64,000 bases of DNA from contig JBLDXI010000007.1 in the NCBI GenBank assembly GCA_047495785.1, positions 4,278,001 through 4,342,000 of the forward strand, written 5' to 3'. This document shows, in pieces, positions 1-12,755 of this stretch. The DNA comes from Lepidodermella squamata (lineage: Eukaryota > Animalia > Gastrotricha). The notes beneath the pieces were generated by a model. The model was not told where the DNA came from and searched no databases. It was given only the letters and a program-made list of their open reading frames with translations. The position numbers and the translations under genes were made by a program. Positions within the stretch are counted from its first letter, which is position 1. Each line of letters begins with the position of its first letter.

Positions 1-1177
1 GCTATCAGTCTGTTCTCGACAGCCTATACACAACAGCATCCACTGGTGATATCGGCTATATGGACTACAATGCGTCAACTGGAAATCTACAGCCTCTTCA
101 ATCGATGTAATTTGAAACCTGATTTGAATTTTTCGACAAATTTCCAACTAAATTTACTGGAACAGAATGCACATCCCCTTATACTTTCCGAGCCACAATG
201 TGCTCGATTGGAGTATTTTCAAAAATAAAAGTCTTGACTTATTTTAATTGCAGCCATAGCTACTATATCTACGTATTGATCCACGACTACCAAACCCACG
301 CCTACGACAGCTGGGTACTGGACATGGCCCGGGCCTTGTGGGAACGCGCTACGTACGACCACCAGGACACGACCGCGCCGAATCAGCTGCACGGCGTGCA
401 AGTCATTGCGATCGACTGGTCACGGGCTTCCCTCGCCATCGGATCCGGAGCTGCGAATAGAGGACCACGCTACGCTTACGCACAATCTATTCTGAACGCG
501 TTAGAAGTCGCTCGGTTGGTCGGCAACCACTTCAACGATCTGATCACGGATTACCAAACAAACCCGAACGCGCCCTTTGCGAATCTCCACTGCATTGGCC
601 ACGGCGTCGGGGCTCACATCTGCGGTGTCGCGTCCAAGGTCTTCAAAGCAGGCCGGCCGTTCTGGAAACCATTCAACAGAGTCACTGCCCTGGACCCAGC
701 TCGTGTTCTCTTCGAGAAAAGCGATGACGACATTGATGTGCCGTCGGCTCAGCGGCTCGATAAGTACGATGCTTTCTACGTAGACGCCATTCACACAACA
801 AATACCTACGGCTACCATGGGAAAGCTGGCCTTGTCGATCATTTCGTAAATGGTGACGAAAATGGCATGAGCAAAATCATTTCGAACCTTCAACCTGGCT
901 GTAGCACTGAATGTGAGATCATTTTTCCGAAGGAAAAGTGGGATTAATTGATTTTCCTGTAGATTGCGGCCATATGAGAGCAGTTGAGCTGTTCCAGTCG
1001 ACAATTCGAGGCGATCGATCGTCGTACCACTCAGACCAATGCTCGTTCCAGTCGTGTGATTCGCGCGGCTACCACAACAAATGCCGTCTCGGGTTTGAAT
1101 CGAACAACAACTGCGGCTTTTACCCCAACGCAACATTCTGCGGATATCTCAGTTCGACAAGAGAGCCGTTTTGCTAG
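1..1177 (+). CDS. Pancreatic/lipoprotein-lipase family protein, 5'-partial; nucleophile Ser replaced by Gly (probable pseudo-lipase)
   Basis: Motifs VLIHDY, VIAIDW, HCIGHGVGAHICG (GxSxG position), RVTALDPA, RLDKYDAFYVDAIHT, DHFVNG, QPGC and CGHMRAVELF. Short GT-AG introns include 913-962. Stop at 1175-1177; AATAAA at ~1273. Confidence 0.85.
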
Positions 1178-1660
1178 ACGGATAGATCTTATGGACCTGA
1201 TGTTAGATTTTATTTTCTCAATTTTAGAGATAGCTGATTTTCTGGACGCAGTTCAACTTGCCTAGATACATCAATAAAAGTGTCGCGAAATACCAGCCAC
1301 CTATAATTTACAGCTGGCGTGGCATTGCGTTATTGCATGCGAAATGGATTTCAAGGTCTTTAAAACGCATAAAGAATTAATAGATATGAATGAGAATCTG
1401 ACTGACTGAACAAAAAGGAAGCCAGCCCACTCGATGGGTGACATTTTGAAGTCACATACACGTGATATGGGCTGTTATTTATAGCCTCGATCATCCACAG
1501 TTTATTTTGCTGAAACCCCACAAACTGTCGCGAATCTAAGCATTAGTGTGCTGGCAGCCATTAGCTGTTTTCCAAAACTTCTCAAATCACGTTTCATAAT
1601 TGATGAGCAACTGTTGGCAACTTCACTTGTTCGAATTCGAGCAATCGTAACTTTTCAAGA

Positions 1661-4542
1661 ATGAGCTCGAAAACATTGTTTCATTTATTGGCAGCAATAG
1701 CTGCAGTTTCAATCTTCACAAAATGTAATTCGGTTGTGTCAGTGGTGCCCAAGCCTGATACAGTGTCGTTCCCGCTGCCATATCAGTGGGATGGAAATGC
1801 GACTTACGACCCGACGGTGTCATTTGATGCGAATCCAAACAACAACATAACATCAACAGCTTCGTTCGTGCCGGGTGGCAACATCACGAATTCAACAGCT
1901 GGCTTTCAACTTTCAGACATGACGGCTTCATACGGAATTATTTACACCAACGCTGTAAGAATTTGTTATTTTTTCAGATGAATTTTGAGTTTGAACTTCT
2001 GGGATCCGATATTTATACTGATTCGTTGGAGGTCGGGGTGAGCTGACCTCAATGAGTTGCCAGTATTAAGACTAAACCGAGAATTTGGCGGTCGTTTTTT
2101 TCCAGCCTTCGATAAAAAACGAAAAACCTCAAAGCTAATTTTGCATCATGATTTCAGAAAATTATCGCCGGAGCTAATTGGCGTGTCGAAATGGATGTCA
2201 CTGTTAACTACGCAACGTCAAATACCAGCAATACAACCGGCCATTTCGGCTTAACTCTCAGCTCACGACTCGTTGGGAATAGTTTGCTCTCAGAATTTTT
2301 ATATTGCGCCATAATATACATATTAATTGCAGCTGCTGCCGGCATATGCCCTTGGTCGATTGTGAGAAATTCCTGGGGCGTAGAATTCTGGCAAGAGATG
2401 AAAGTAGGCGGTCGGCTGCATGTTACCTTCAAGAATACATCAGTCCCAAGTTGCGAAGTTCCCTGCACGCCAACCTTCACGTCGTCCCCAGGTTGCGGCA
2501 ATTCCAACCTGTTCAATGAATCCGGCGTAACAAGTTACCGTTTCATCGCCCAATCTGGGGGCGATGTCATGACTGTAGGTCCCTACATAGCTCTACATAG
2601 CTGCAATTTTTGAATTATTTTGCGACTCTGAAGGTTGCTTTGGTTCCCTTGCCAATAACGCCGCAAAGCCAAGCATCTGTGTGTGTTCAAGACCTGGTTT
2701 TACCTGGCCTGGGTGACATTTTAAGCATGACTAATGGCTCTGTGCGATTACTCCTGAGTTCATACTGCAATTTCGGCAACGGGCATCCTACGATACGAAA
2801 TGCTTACTTTTTCAAATTGGCAGCTAATAATGTGACAACTACGTCTACAACAAGTTCCACGACTACGACGTCGACGACTACTACGACCACGGCCCCAGAT
2901 ACTTCGACGTCTGCTTTCACTGTTCCCAGTACATCTACCATTAGAACAACCCCAACTGCAACAATTACAACGACAACTTCGAACCCGCCATCTTCTACGT
3001 CTTCAACAATATCTCAATCCCAATCCCCTACCCTTAGTACCAAGGGAATCACTACTACGGCATCTGTGCCTCCAACGTCAACTACAACTTCTATCCTAAC
3101 CACTTCGACTAGTAGCTCTCCTCTAAGTACGACTCTATTTTCGACTGCGGCATCCAAATCCGTACCTCTAACGACTGCAACGACGGCCGGTAGCTCTGTT
3201 ATTTGGACTAGTAATCCGCCTAAAAATGCGGCTCAGTCGTCTGCTGGGAATTCTGCGACCACTTCTAAAGCCGAGGTGATCAACCAAGTTAATTCAGATC
3301 CGGATCTGTTAGAGAAGGATACGTTAAGTGGATTTCCTATTCCTCAGCTGATTGAGGGCAACCGCGTACCGATATTGTCATACGAGGACTTGAAGCATTG
3401 CCCATTCATCGGCCCTGATGTGAAGTAAGTCATGCACCTTTGAACCTTAGAAGTGGGACCCTCCAAAGTCTAGAATGAAAGTAGAAGCTAATTATATTAT
3501 AGTTATGAAGCTCATTTTCTAACTTTCCACATTTATTTCCAGATCTCCAGCCGATAAAAGCTTGATGTACCTGACGTTGAACATCGACCGTCTCTTATCG
3601 ATCGATACGATGAAAAAGCAAATCTCTATTCTCGGAACACTTATCATTCAATGGGCGGTAACGTCCTGCAGCGCAGACTACACGCCAATCGACGGCAAAG
3701 AGCGAATTTACAAAGCAGAACGAGACGACGTCTGGCTGCCTAAAGTTCGCTTTGCAAATGGAACAAGCGACCTGTACATGGCTCAAAGCATGTCCTACAC
3801 GGAAGATATCGAAATCGTTTACTACCCGACACTCCCGAATCGGACCATGTTCTTCCATTGGACGAGATTCGGTTCTTTCAACTCAAAATGTGTCTTGAAC
3901 TTGAGGAAATACCCGTTTGACACTCAAACCTGCGAGTTCACGTTCGTCCTCGATGAATCACCAAATTATCTGATTTTCGGTGGAATTTTCCTCGGCGGTG
4001 TTAATGCGATGTCTAATGACCTATGGCTATTGAAGGATTATTCTACCCAAACAGGTCTAATGCAGGCATTGAAGCGGCGGAATGGCGAGTCGAGTTTTGC
4101 GAAATTCACCGTCGTCTACAAGCGAGACCCAACTCATTTCGTCATAAATCTACTAACTCCGTGTTACATTTTGATAGCTATGGCTTTCGCATCCTTCATC
4201 ATTCATCCAAGTGTGGTTGAACGAGCACTGTTCTGCGGGACAGCCATGTTATCCCTCATTGTGGCCGAGTCTGATGTACTGCAAAGCGTGCCTGAGACGT
4301 CGCAGATAATTTTGTACGTCGAGTATATTCTCATGATGACTGGCATGACTGGAGCTGTGACAACTTACGACATGATAGCCTTCACGCTATCGAACGATTT
4401 TCCTGCTAAATCTGGGATTATGTTGAAGATCCGATTCTTGCCGGGAATGACGCTGATTAGAGCGCTTGATACAGCTGTATTCCTACTCGCCTTCGACTCT
4501 TTCATTGCAATGAACATCTATGGCTTGATGGTTGCATTTTGA
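1661..4542 (+). CDS. Lectin-mucin-Cys-loop pLGIC fusion (one L-type lectin-like domain, ~150-aa Thr/Ser stalk, channel)
   Basis: Model join(1661-1954,2158-2281,2333-2574,2634-3424,3543-4542), all GT-AG and in frame. Signal peptide; lectin-like strands YGIIYTNA|KIIAGANWRVEMDV and RNSWGVEFW; poly-Thr/Ser stalk; DVWLPKV; Cys loop CVLNLRKYPFDTQTC; four TM segments. Confidence 0.8.
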
Positions 4543-4802
4543 ATTGAATGGCGCTGAAGCAGCAGCTGAAACCAGTATGTAACACTTATCGTGGGAAATG
4601 TTCCGAAACGAAGCGGAAGACGTCTTGATATCATGAGAGAAATTAGAATAAAGATTTCGGAATATTCCAAAGCAGTTTTTCGGCATTCAGTGTTTGAAAT
4701 CTCGTGTTTGCGGTTGAATTTCACCTAAAACAGTATACGATGGAGTTCAAAATTCTTCAGAGATATTTATTAATTTTCGAGAAATTGAAACAATAAAGCC
4801 AA

Positions 4803-7363
4803 TTAGGATTTCGGTGGAAGAATAGCGAATAAAACGACCTGAAATGAAGGGCAATGAGACTGAGTATATTTTCGAAATGATTGACTCACCGGAACGATCG
4901 TCACAACTGCGAAAGTTATAACGAACATGATTGCATCTTTCGAAACAGCAGAAAATTCTCATTCACTGGATGGGACAAAAATCTAAGAAACTAACCTATT
5001 GCTCTAGCAAGATATATCCAGTCTATGTAGATTTCGTTCCCATCCACAGCTGTAAAATGAAAAGAAGATTTCACTTTCCATGAATGACGCTTAGTGAACT
5101 TACTGAAAAGAGAGGTCCTGCGCTTTGACCGCGTTGCCTTGTACGCATTCAAGTAGTAGTCCTCCTCCTCATCCAGCATAATATCCTCCTCATCGTCCAG
5201 AATCGCCGCCGTTGCCTCCGCAGTAGGATTAGCTGAATTCGTCAAATGATAGCCGCCAGAATCGTCAAACTCCGCAGCATGGTTCACGTGCCCGATCAAC
5301 ACCCGCCGCTTGGTGCTAGTCCTCTTTAAAGATTGATTCTGCTGGAAGATATGAGGCCCATTTTCTTGCTGCCTCACCCGCATCTTACTCTCATTCCTCG
5401 CAACTTGCTCGTGGCACAAGTTGTCGAAACTGTTATCAGCATCTATGTACTTCAACCCGGCTTCTAGATGGATATTAGGCGTAGAGGACGGTGACGGTGG
5501 TTTCTCATTATACTCAGGGTTGACGGGAATATTCGTCGATTTCGACCGAGGGACGTGGTTGCTTTGATAGGGAAGCGGGTGAAACGTGAAACTAGTAGAA
5601 GCTTCCGGGACATTCTTGTCGCTTTTGTGAGACTTCGGGTGGCGAAATGAAGCCCTGTTACGGAAACTCCGACCGAAACGGCTATTTCGAAAGCTATTAG
5701 ACTTCTGGCTGTGAAGTTGACCGAGAAGTTCTGATACTGAGTACGAATCAGCCCCGCTGTTCCATTTGTATATGAACTTCAGAATGCCATGGGACCATTT
5801 AGGGGCCGTGGTTCTATAACCCTTCCTAGACACTAGCCCGGCGATTAAGACGGACTCGGCAACAGCCAGGACACTGATTGCAGTCAACATCCCAACATAG
5901 ACACATAGCAGAGGGATAGAATCTGAGGAACGGGGTAACTGGTCGACTATCATTGACTGGAAGACAATGACAGAGAGTAGGATTGAAGTAGCTTGAGGGA
6001 CTCGTTCGTTCGACTCGAGTGGGAAGAAGAAGGTGAGCATTTGCAGGCTGGACAACATGCAACATGGAAAGATGACGTTAAGCTTGAAATAGCTAGTCTT
6101 TCGGCCAAAGTGGAGCCAAAATTCGACCCGAGTGAAACCGGTTGATTTCGAGACCCAGAGAGTTCGAGAGAAGGCGGTTACGTTGACTAACACCCAGTTC
6201 CCACTTTCGACGTACATAGCTCGCGAAACAGGACTTCTGTCGGCTCTCAAAGTTAAATTGAGTCTATCGATACCGTAAATCGCCGACTCGATAATGATTG
6301 CACTAGAAAAAACTAGAATGAGTCATGAATCCCAACTTCTGTGTCTTACCAATGTTGAAAATCGAATGGGAAGTACTCGAGGGTGAGTTCGCAACGGGTG
6401 AGTAAGTTACCCGTAGGATGCCACCACACTGACCCTTCACTATGGACTTTGAAGTCGAATTTTTGGTCCCTTAGCAGGGCGTATAAATCAGAGGCACTAT
6501 TTGCAATCTAAACAATGTCAATTGTTAACAATATTAAAGGCACTTAGCTGTTTTACCTGTAGATCTGGAACCCAGAGCAAGCCATTGGGTATCACAACTG
6601 CAGACTCGTTGTTGAAATCTTCGGGATCCCAGGCTAGCATAGGATCATTCCACATCTATGATAAATCATGAGGATTTCAGTTGATTATATTTAGAATGAT
6701 CTCACGAATTGAAGCCGTATTGTCATTTCAAGTATTTCATTTTTGTCATACTGCATCGTCAGAAAATCCGGTAAAATTGCATTAAAAATGATTGAACAAG
6801 ATAATTCACCAAATGCAGCAGTTTGATAGGAAACAATCTCGCCAAAACTGTCAGCGGCCCGCCTTTCCTGCACAATTAAGCAAAATAATTCTGCATCAAA
6901 ACAAAAATTGAGATTGAGAGTTCAATTAATACTTAGTTGTCGGCTGAGTATCCTTGCTGTAATTAGTCATCAAATGATGCAGCAGCATGTAGGTTATCGT
7001 TGGGTCTGAAAATCAATCATCGAAACTTTCAGATATATCAGAAAGGTATTGCTTACTCTGCGGCCTGAGAGCCATTGACCGCCTGGGGAGAATATCGTCA
7101 TGATACGGGCCATTAGCCGGCCCCTCGGCTAGCTCGAAGTTCTCCGAAAACTGCGTCCTGGCAAACTCCTGTTGCAGCTGGTCCTGTTGCATTTGCTGTA
7201 GCTGGATTTGGGCATTTTTCGACGCTGGATTCAGCTTTGCAATTGGCTCAACTGCCCCTGAATGAGTGTTGGTCGTCGTCATTTTACCAGCGACGGAATA
7301 GCCGAAAACGTGACTTATAGTTACTGCTTTCAAAAAGAGCAGCAGGTGCCAAAGGAGGCACAT
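4803..7363 (-). CDS. Cys-loop pLGIC subunit (nAChR/5-HT3-like, non-alpha) with long M3-M4 loop
   Basis: Exons encode MWNDPMLAWDP, WVPDLQ, Cys loop CELTLEYFPFDFQHC and M2 NERVPQATSILLSVIVF. M4 is reconstructed over two small exons (IDAIMFVITFAVVTIVPVVLFAILPPKS*, stop at 4803-4805). Start uncertain (7363 or 7444). Confidence 0.85.
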
Positions 7364-8000
7364 GGCCGCACGCAATAAGGAGCGAGGAGAAAAAACTGAA
7401 TTTCTCTCTGTTGACGCAAGTACATGCGAATGGCGAATACGCATGGCGAGAGCGCACTAATTAATAAAACTGTCAGGCCTCGAAATAGCGCAGAGGCGAT
7501 GCGCTCATCCCAGTTTGGTGCGAAATCTTAGCTGTATTGTTATTAACAACCAATAACACATCTTGCAAACCCACGATACCCTCGAGATTTAGATGACATG
7601 TGCCGTTCTTATATTGACGCCGAGATATTTTCACAGAATCGTGACCGTAATATGGATTGGATACCTTTTTACGATTTTATGATTCTCCCGACTATCTTGT
7701 GGCAAGTTTTCCTGAAACCGACTATGAATGAGTGTTGAATGCTCTTCTTGCATTTATTCCGAGTTAACTCAGAATTGAACGGGAAAAGCAAGGATTTTCA
7801 GGAATATACTCGTAACATGTATCGCTTCGCTCGTGGTAAGGTGAAAATATTTCGAAATTGCGCTGATTTGTTGGAAATGGAAAGCATTCATTAACATTAA
7901 CCCCAGCAATGTACGAATAGGTGGTTTGTAGCAACAAAAGGCATCAGAAAATGGACTCGTTATAGGTATGCAAAAACCTTTAGGACAAACACGCCATGAA

Positions 8001-8124
8001 GTGCCCATGGGCCATACGAATGCTAATCCCGCTCTGACTACGTAGTTAGCGCCGGATTAAAATTCGTATGGCCATTCTTATAGCTCGTTTGTATAGCATT
8101 AACATCCGTATGGCCCCTGGGCAC
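8001..8124. mobile_element. Small MITE / foldback element
   Basis: ~27-bp imperfect terminal inverted repeats (gtgcccatgggccatacgaatgctaat versus the reverse complement of the right end), plus an internal partial third copy. Confidence 0.6.
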
Positions 8125-8883
8125 TTTCTGGTACACGTGCCCCCTCTTTTTTCAATCATTAGCTTTAAGATATATCTGTCTTGTTATCCGGGTATATTTT
8201 AACTATTCAGCAAAAATGCATCCTCTGTAAATTCTTTGATGAAATTTGGCAAGCGATTTCGGCCCTATCTCTATCTTATCAGGCATTTGAAAAGGCATCA
8301 ACTGAAGCATAATCATTTTAATATTTTTTTATTTGTTCAGTTTTCTTGAGGTTAAAATCAGTAACAACATTTCAAATGAGTGCGACGATTTCAAAAGAGG
8401 GCCGAAATCGCTGGGCACACCTCATCTACGGTCAGCCATATCGTTCGCGTCGTTGAATAACTCGGATTTCGGCTTGTTTACATCCGTTGAAAGCGCTTAA
8501 TTTCACCGCCCGTTTATTTCCGAAAAAACTGGCGATATCAACTCTGTTTATTGTTATTAACCTATGTTGGCTAACCTTGTCTTTAAAACTTAAAGTTTAT
8601 TAATGACCAGTCACACGAAAAAACGCTGTCCGGGTTTTTCGATTACGCCTGCTAATCAATCTAAATTCGCAAGGGAAATCATAGCTTACTTTTCCCTTCT
8701 TATATAGTTTTTTGACCTCGAATTTCTTTATTTTCATTCAACTTATTAGACAATTTTGCAAAGATTCCCAATGAACTCCTGATGAGAGAAAACGTTCTTT
8801 CCAGACTAACTTGCCACGTCAAAGCGACTCGAGTTTTCCTTTTGAGTTCACGCTTTTGGGTTAAAAAGGTTTGGATGTAAAAC

Positions 8884-11325
8884 CTAGAATGCTTGAAACT
8901 CGCTGTTATTTGTTCTTTTAGCTGACGACGAGGCGGGCACTGTTCGTTTCGAAGATCTAAAACTTCTGATTGCAGGAACCGAGGCTCTTATCGTCGTTGC
9001 CTCACGGACTCGCGAAACAACTGACATCATATGAGTGACGCGCGATGAATTGGAAAAAATGTCTCTGAACCATATTAAACATGTTGTAAAAGCATCGATC
9101 GATAACCCCACGGATAGGCATGTTATTTGAGCGTGTTGATTACTGGACAGCACGAAAACCATTAGGATAAGAAAAGCGAATATAGTCGCACAATTGAGTT
9201 GCGCCAACTGCACAATCCGACATTCCTGTTTGAACCTTACAGTGGCTGCAGATCGGCTGATGAGATAAGCGTCAACACATCCTCCGAGAACGATTAGGAC
9301 ATTCAAGCACGTGAACGCAGCCAGCCACGGTACTTGTTCGTCGGAGTGACAGTGAATAGAAACCGTGCGGAAAAAAGAGTCTCTCATCTCATCAAAATAC
9401 GTAGGCGAACCTTGGAGTTTCACCTCGAAATCATCTGATGGTCCAATTAGCCAGATGAGAGCTGAAATCAGACTGAGCCAAAATGCGAGGGATGCTGATT
9501 TTAGGCTGAAATCATTAATCATCCTCCAGTCGCGAGTTACAACCGCATTGAGTATCGGGGCAACAGTTTTTGAAAGTGATCGACTTCTTGACGGGTTGAT
9601 CCTAACAGGAGAGTTAGCCAGTTTCGATAATTTCAGCAACCTAGCTGCAATCAGTGAATGGAGAGTCGAAAAGCCGATCAAAGGAAGGGCTATCCTAAGT
9701 TTACAGATTGTTGTAGTTGTGAATGTTGAGGCACTCAATACAAAAGCAATAGCTGCTCCATTCAAAAGAAGACAGCAGACCAAAGCGACGAAATCCACAC
9801 TTTTTTGAACCCGGATATTGTTATCCCTCACTTTTTCCTTCCGAAGAGCTAAAATGAAAACCATTGACTGGACTAGGGAGAAAAACGAGCTTAAAGCGAT
9901 TATACTAGCAAAACCAGCCTCAGGGTACTCGATTATGGTCTCGTTGACTGAAGACAAATCTTTCGGAGGTTCGCCACTTCTCGTCTGCCAAACCGGTTTA
10001 GCCATCTCAATCAGTCGGTAACTCGATAAATTGTACATAATTGTGTTGTTGGATAGCGTCCACGGTATCCTGTAGTACCAATTCGTGCCAAACTGTTGAA
10101 TCCACATGTTTTCAGCGGCGATTTCAACACTGCTTTGCAGATAGTTAACTCGGCCTATCCTCAGCCCGGTGAAATCAACTTGGACCGCGCTTTGATTGAT
10201 CGCATTTCCGACTAGTTCTGGATAGTATCTAAAGTCCGTTATAGACATATTTATGGCGTTAAGACGGCTCTCGGTGCGTTCAATTGTTGCTAAAGCTGCT
10301 ACAGTCGCTTCGTGACAGAGCAGTCTCAACTCATTATCAGGAGGGGTGTAGCCATTCAGCCGCTTTTTCACCTCACGTTCGAACCATTGAAGATCGTAGC
10401 CATATTGAGAGGGGATCTGGTTCATTTCAGAGTCACCCTGATTCCCAACAGCCGCACTTCCTATCCAAAACAAAATTCTCATCTGTTCCCGCAGCATTTC
10501 TTTGGAACAACCAGCTGGTAGGTCTAATTCTTCGCTTTCAATAGAGAATGCGCAGAAACTGACTGATAGGAATACGTATTGAGGGGCTCTCATTTCTGCC
10601 ATATGGGCGTAGCATAGAAACCGGATGCATCTAACTTGTTGCCAAAAGATAAGAGTGAAAACCCGAGCACCTGAAGCTTTGGCTTGTTGCAGCATTTCAA
10701 GGGTTACGTCATCTCGGCTGTCGTAGTGGACAACTTCGAAATTGTTAGCAGCAGCGTGGGAATGCATGCGCCTAGCCAGTTCGTACTCATTCGCGTTCTG
10801 GTTGAATGTTACAATGCCAAATTGCTTCCAACCTCCGACTCGTCGCATGAAAATTAACATTGCGATTGCAGCATATTCTCCTGGCATTTGAATTCTGAAG
10901 AGATTCGGGAACCTTTGCCGATTCGTTAATACAGGTCCGGCACAAAATTGCGAGAATTGACTAGTTTTCAAAACTCGACCGATTCGACTAACAAATTGGC
11001 ACGTCACAGTTGGGCCAACGAAAACTGGGGATAAATTCCTGCTCTCTGGCGATCTTTCATAGAATCTCACATAGGAATTGATGGTTTTCTCGGCGTTGTA
11101 GCCTTCGTCTTGAATACTGAGTTGTATGTTAAATTTGTTTGACCGTGAGTTGAAAGCGTCCACTGCTATTTGTTTAGCAGTTACACAGGCTGAGTTGCCA
11201 GGGTCGGAAATTCCGTTCGGAGTCAACGGGGCGAATGCCAGCAACCAAAGCTCGGTTTTATTAGGCTGAGAGCAAACTGAAGCAGCTAAGGATGTTAGAA
11301 GGCCTATCGTGATATCGAGCCTCAT
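8884..11325 (-). CDS. Class C GPCR, GABA-B-receptor-like orphan (Venus flytrap domain + 7TM), intronless
   Basis: Signal peptide; LTNRQRFPNLFR (GABA-B-type LSNRxRFPxFFR); GWKQFG; WxTxxGEPPKD linker with no Cys-rich domain; hydrophobic TM bundle. Confidence 0.85.
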   Translation of the reverse strand: MRLDITIGLLTSLAASVCSQPNKTELWLLAFAPLTPNGISDPGNSACVTAKQIAVDAFNSRSNKFNIQLSIQDEGYNAEKTINSYVRFYERSPESRNLSPVFVGPTVTCQFVSRIGRVLKTSQFSQFCAGPVLTNRQRFPNLFRIQMPGEYAAIAMLIFMRRVGGWKQFGIVTFNQNANEYELARRMHSHAAANNFEVVHYDSRDDVTLEMLQQAKASGARVFTLIFWQQVRCIRFLCYAHMAEMRAPQYVFLSVSFCAFSIESEELDLPAGCSKEMLREQMRILFWIGSAAVGNQGDSEMNQIPSQYGYDLQWFEREVKKRLNGYTPPDNELRLLCHEATVAALATIERTESRLNAINMSITDFRYYPELVGNAINQSAVQVDFTGLRIGRVNYLQSSVEIAAENMWIQQFGTNWYYRIPWTLSNNTIMYNLSSYRLIEMAKPVWQTRSGEPPKDLSSVNETIIEYPEAGFASIIALSSFFSLVQSMVFILALRKEKVRDNNIRVQKSVDFVALVCCLLLNGAAIAFVLSASTFTTTTICKLRIALPLIGFSTLHSLIAARLLKLSKLANSPVRINPSRSRSLSKTVAPILNAVVTRDWRMINDFSLKSASLAFWLSLISALIWLIGPSDDFEVKLQGSPTYFDEMRDSFFRTVSIHCHSDEQVPWLAAFTCLNVLIVLGGCVDAYLISRSAATVRFKQECRIVQLAQLNCATIFAFLILMVFVLSSNQHAQITCLSVGLSIDAFTTCLIWFRDIFSNSSRVTHMMSVVSRVREATTIRASVPAIRSFRSSKRTVPASSSAKRTNNSEFQAF

Positions 11326-12755
11326 TCGCTTCTCATTCAGAAAAACGCTTCTTTATGTTAAATATAGCTTTAGGATTTACTGAGTTTGATTCGTCTACAG
11401 TCTTCACACGATTGGCTGGATTGAATTTCTCCGCCGGATGAACATCCATATGGGGATCAATAGATAGATATCACATCGTTTTGAGCACCCCCTCAATTGT
11501 GAAAGGCACGTTTTCTCAGCCCACGCTGTCCTCTTCCATTCAGCGTTCGCAATATCTGTTAGGCGAGTTGAACCGAGGACCGGAGGCCGAGTTCGATTAC
11601 CGAAATCCTATTCCCAAATTCTACGAGGTCAGCTCGCGTTGACAAGCCATTATTCATTAATATTTCAGGCTATCCACTCTCCACCATTAAAATGTCTTCG
11701 CAGGACGCAATATCAAAAGCTTTGTAGTACGCACTGCGGCACAAAACAGCTCTTCGAGAATTGCGGGTTTGGAATTTTAAATAACACCTTCGAACGTCGA
11801 TACCTAATATCGACTCCGTCATGTAGTGTATTTTGCATATACGGTTTTTCCGAGAAAGAAGTATTGGGTATCCTCGACATTTTGTGGTTTGAGCTGTGGT
11901 TTGTTACGACATTCCCTTCTTCAAACAGAAGATGAACGCTCTAGGCCTAAGTCTTTAAATATTAAAAATTGTGATGTGGCCGAACATTCTTAGTAAATAA
12001 AAAAAAAAAAAGCTGTGCGCATTGCGCGAGTGGCGCTGCCTGCCATAACCCGTCAAAAGCAAGTGGCATGCTTCTCTGAGCTGTGATCTGCAGGAAGTAA
12101 CATTAATCAGCAAAGATTGGCTGCTTGATCATTTAGTTTCAGGAGGCTTCCATCAATTAACCTGCAATCGAATACAACCACATTGTCCTCGATGACCGAA
12201 ACTATCTGCGACAGATCATTGACAGGTATTAGCTCGTGACTGTAGGTCTGTTGAAGCCGTCCCAGTCGTGCTCGTTGGGATTGTACCTGAGAGGGAAGCT
12301 ACGTGCCCATTGCCGACGTTTTCATGGTGAACTACAAATAATAATGAACTTTGAACAAGTCCTTATCTGATGATGCCTCAAAGTGTACGTTATCGCAGCT
12401 GAATTAGATGGCAAGCGAACCCCAGGTGCGAATATGCTGCGGCTTTCTTCTCGATAATCATCATTCGAACCAGCTAATCATGGCTTGAGATCGGCGGTGT
12501 TAACGGCGAACACCGACACTTCTCCATCTTCGCAGTGTACGGGCTTTTGTTAGTAAATATTCTTTTTGACGCGAATGCAAAATCATATCCCATCATACAT
12601 TTTTATGCATGAAAAGTGATTCCTTGCTTTCAAAATAGTCCTTCTGATGCTACATTTCTATTGGTACTGGAAAGCTTACCAATTGCCCATAGGCATGAAG
12701 CCTACTGCTTCGCCTTCTTGCTAACGAGATGGAAAAACTTCACGTGTGAGTGTTA

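Noticed and set aside
501-1136. 211-aa minus-strand ORF and many similar antisense or overlapping ORFs in the track
   Set aside because: They are shadows of real genes on the opposite strand or frame and carry no motifs.
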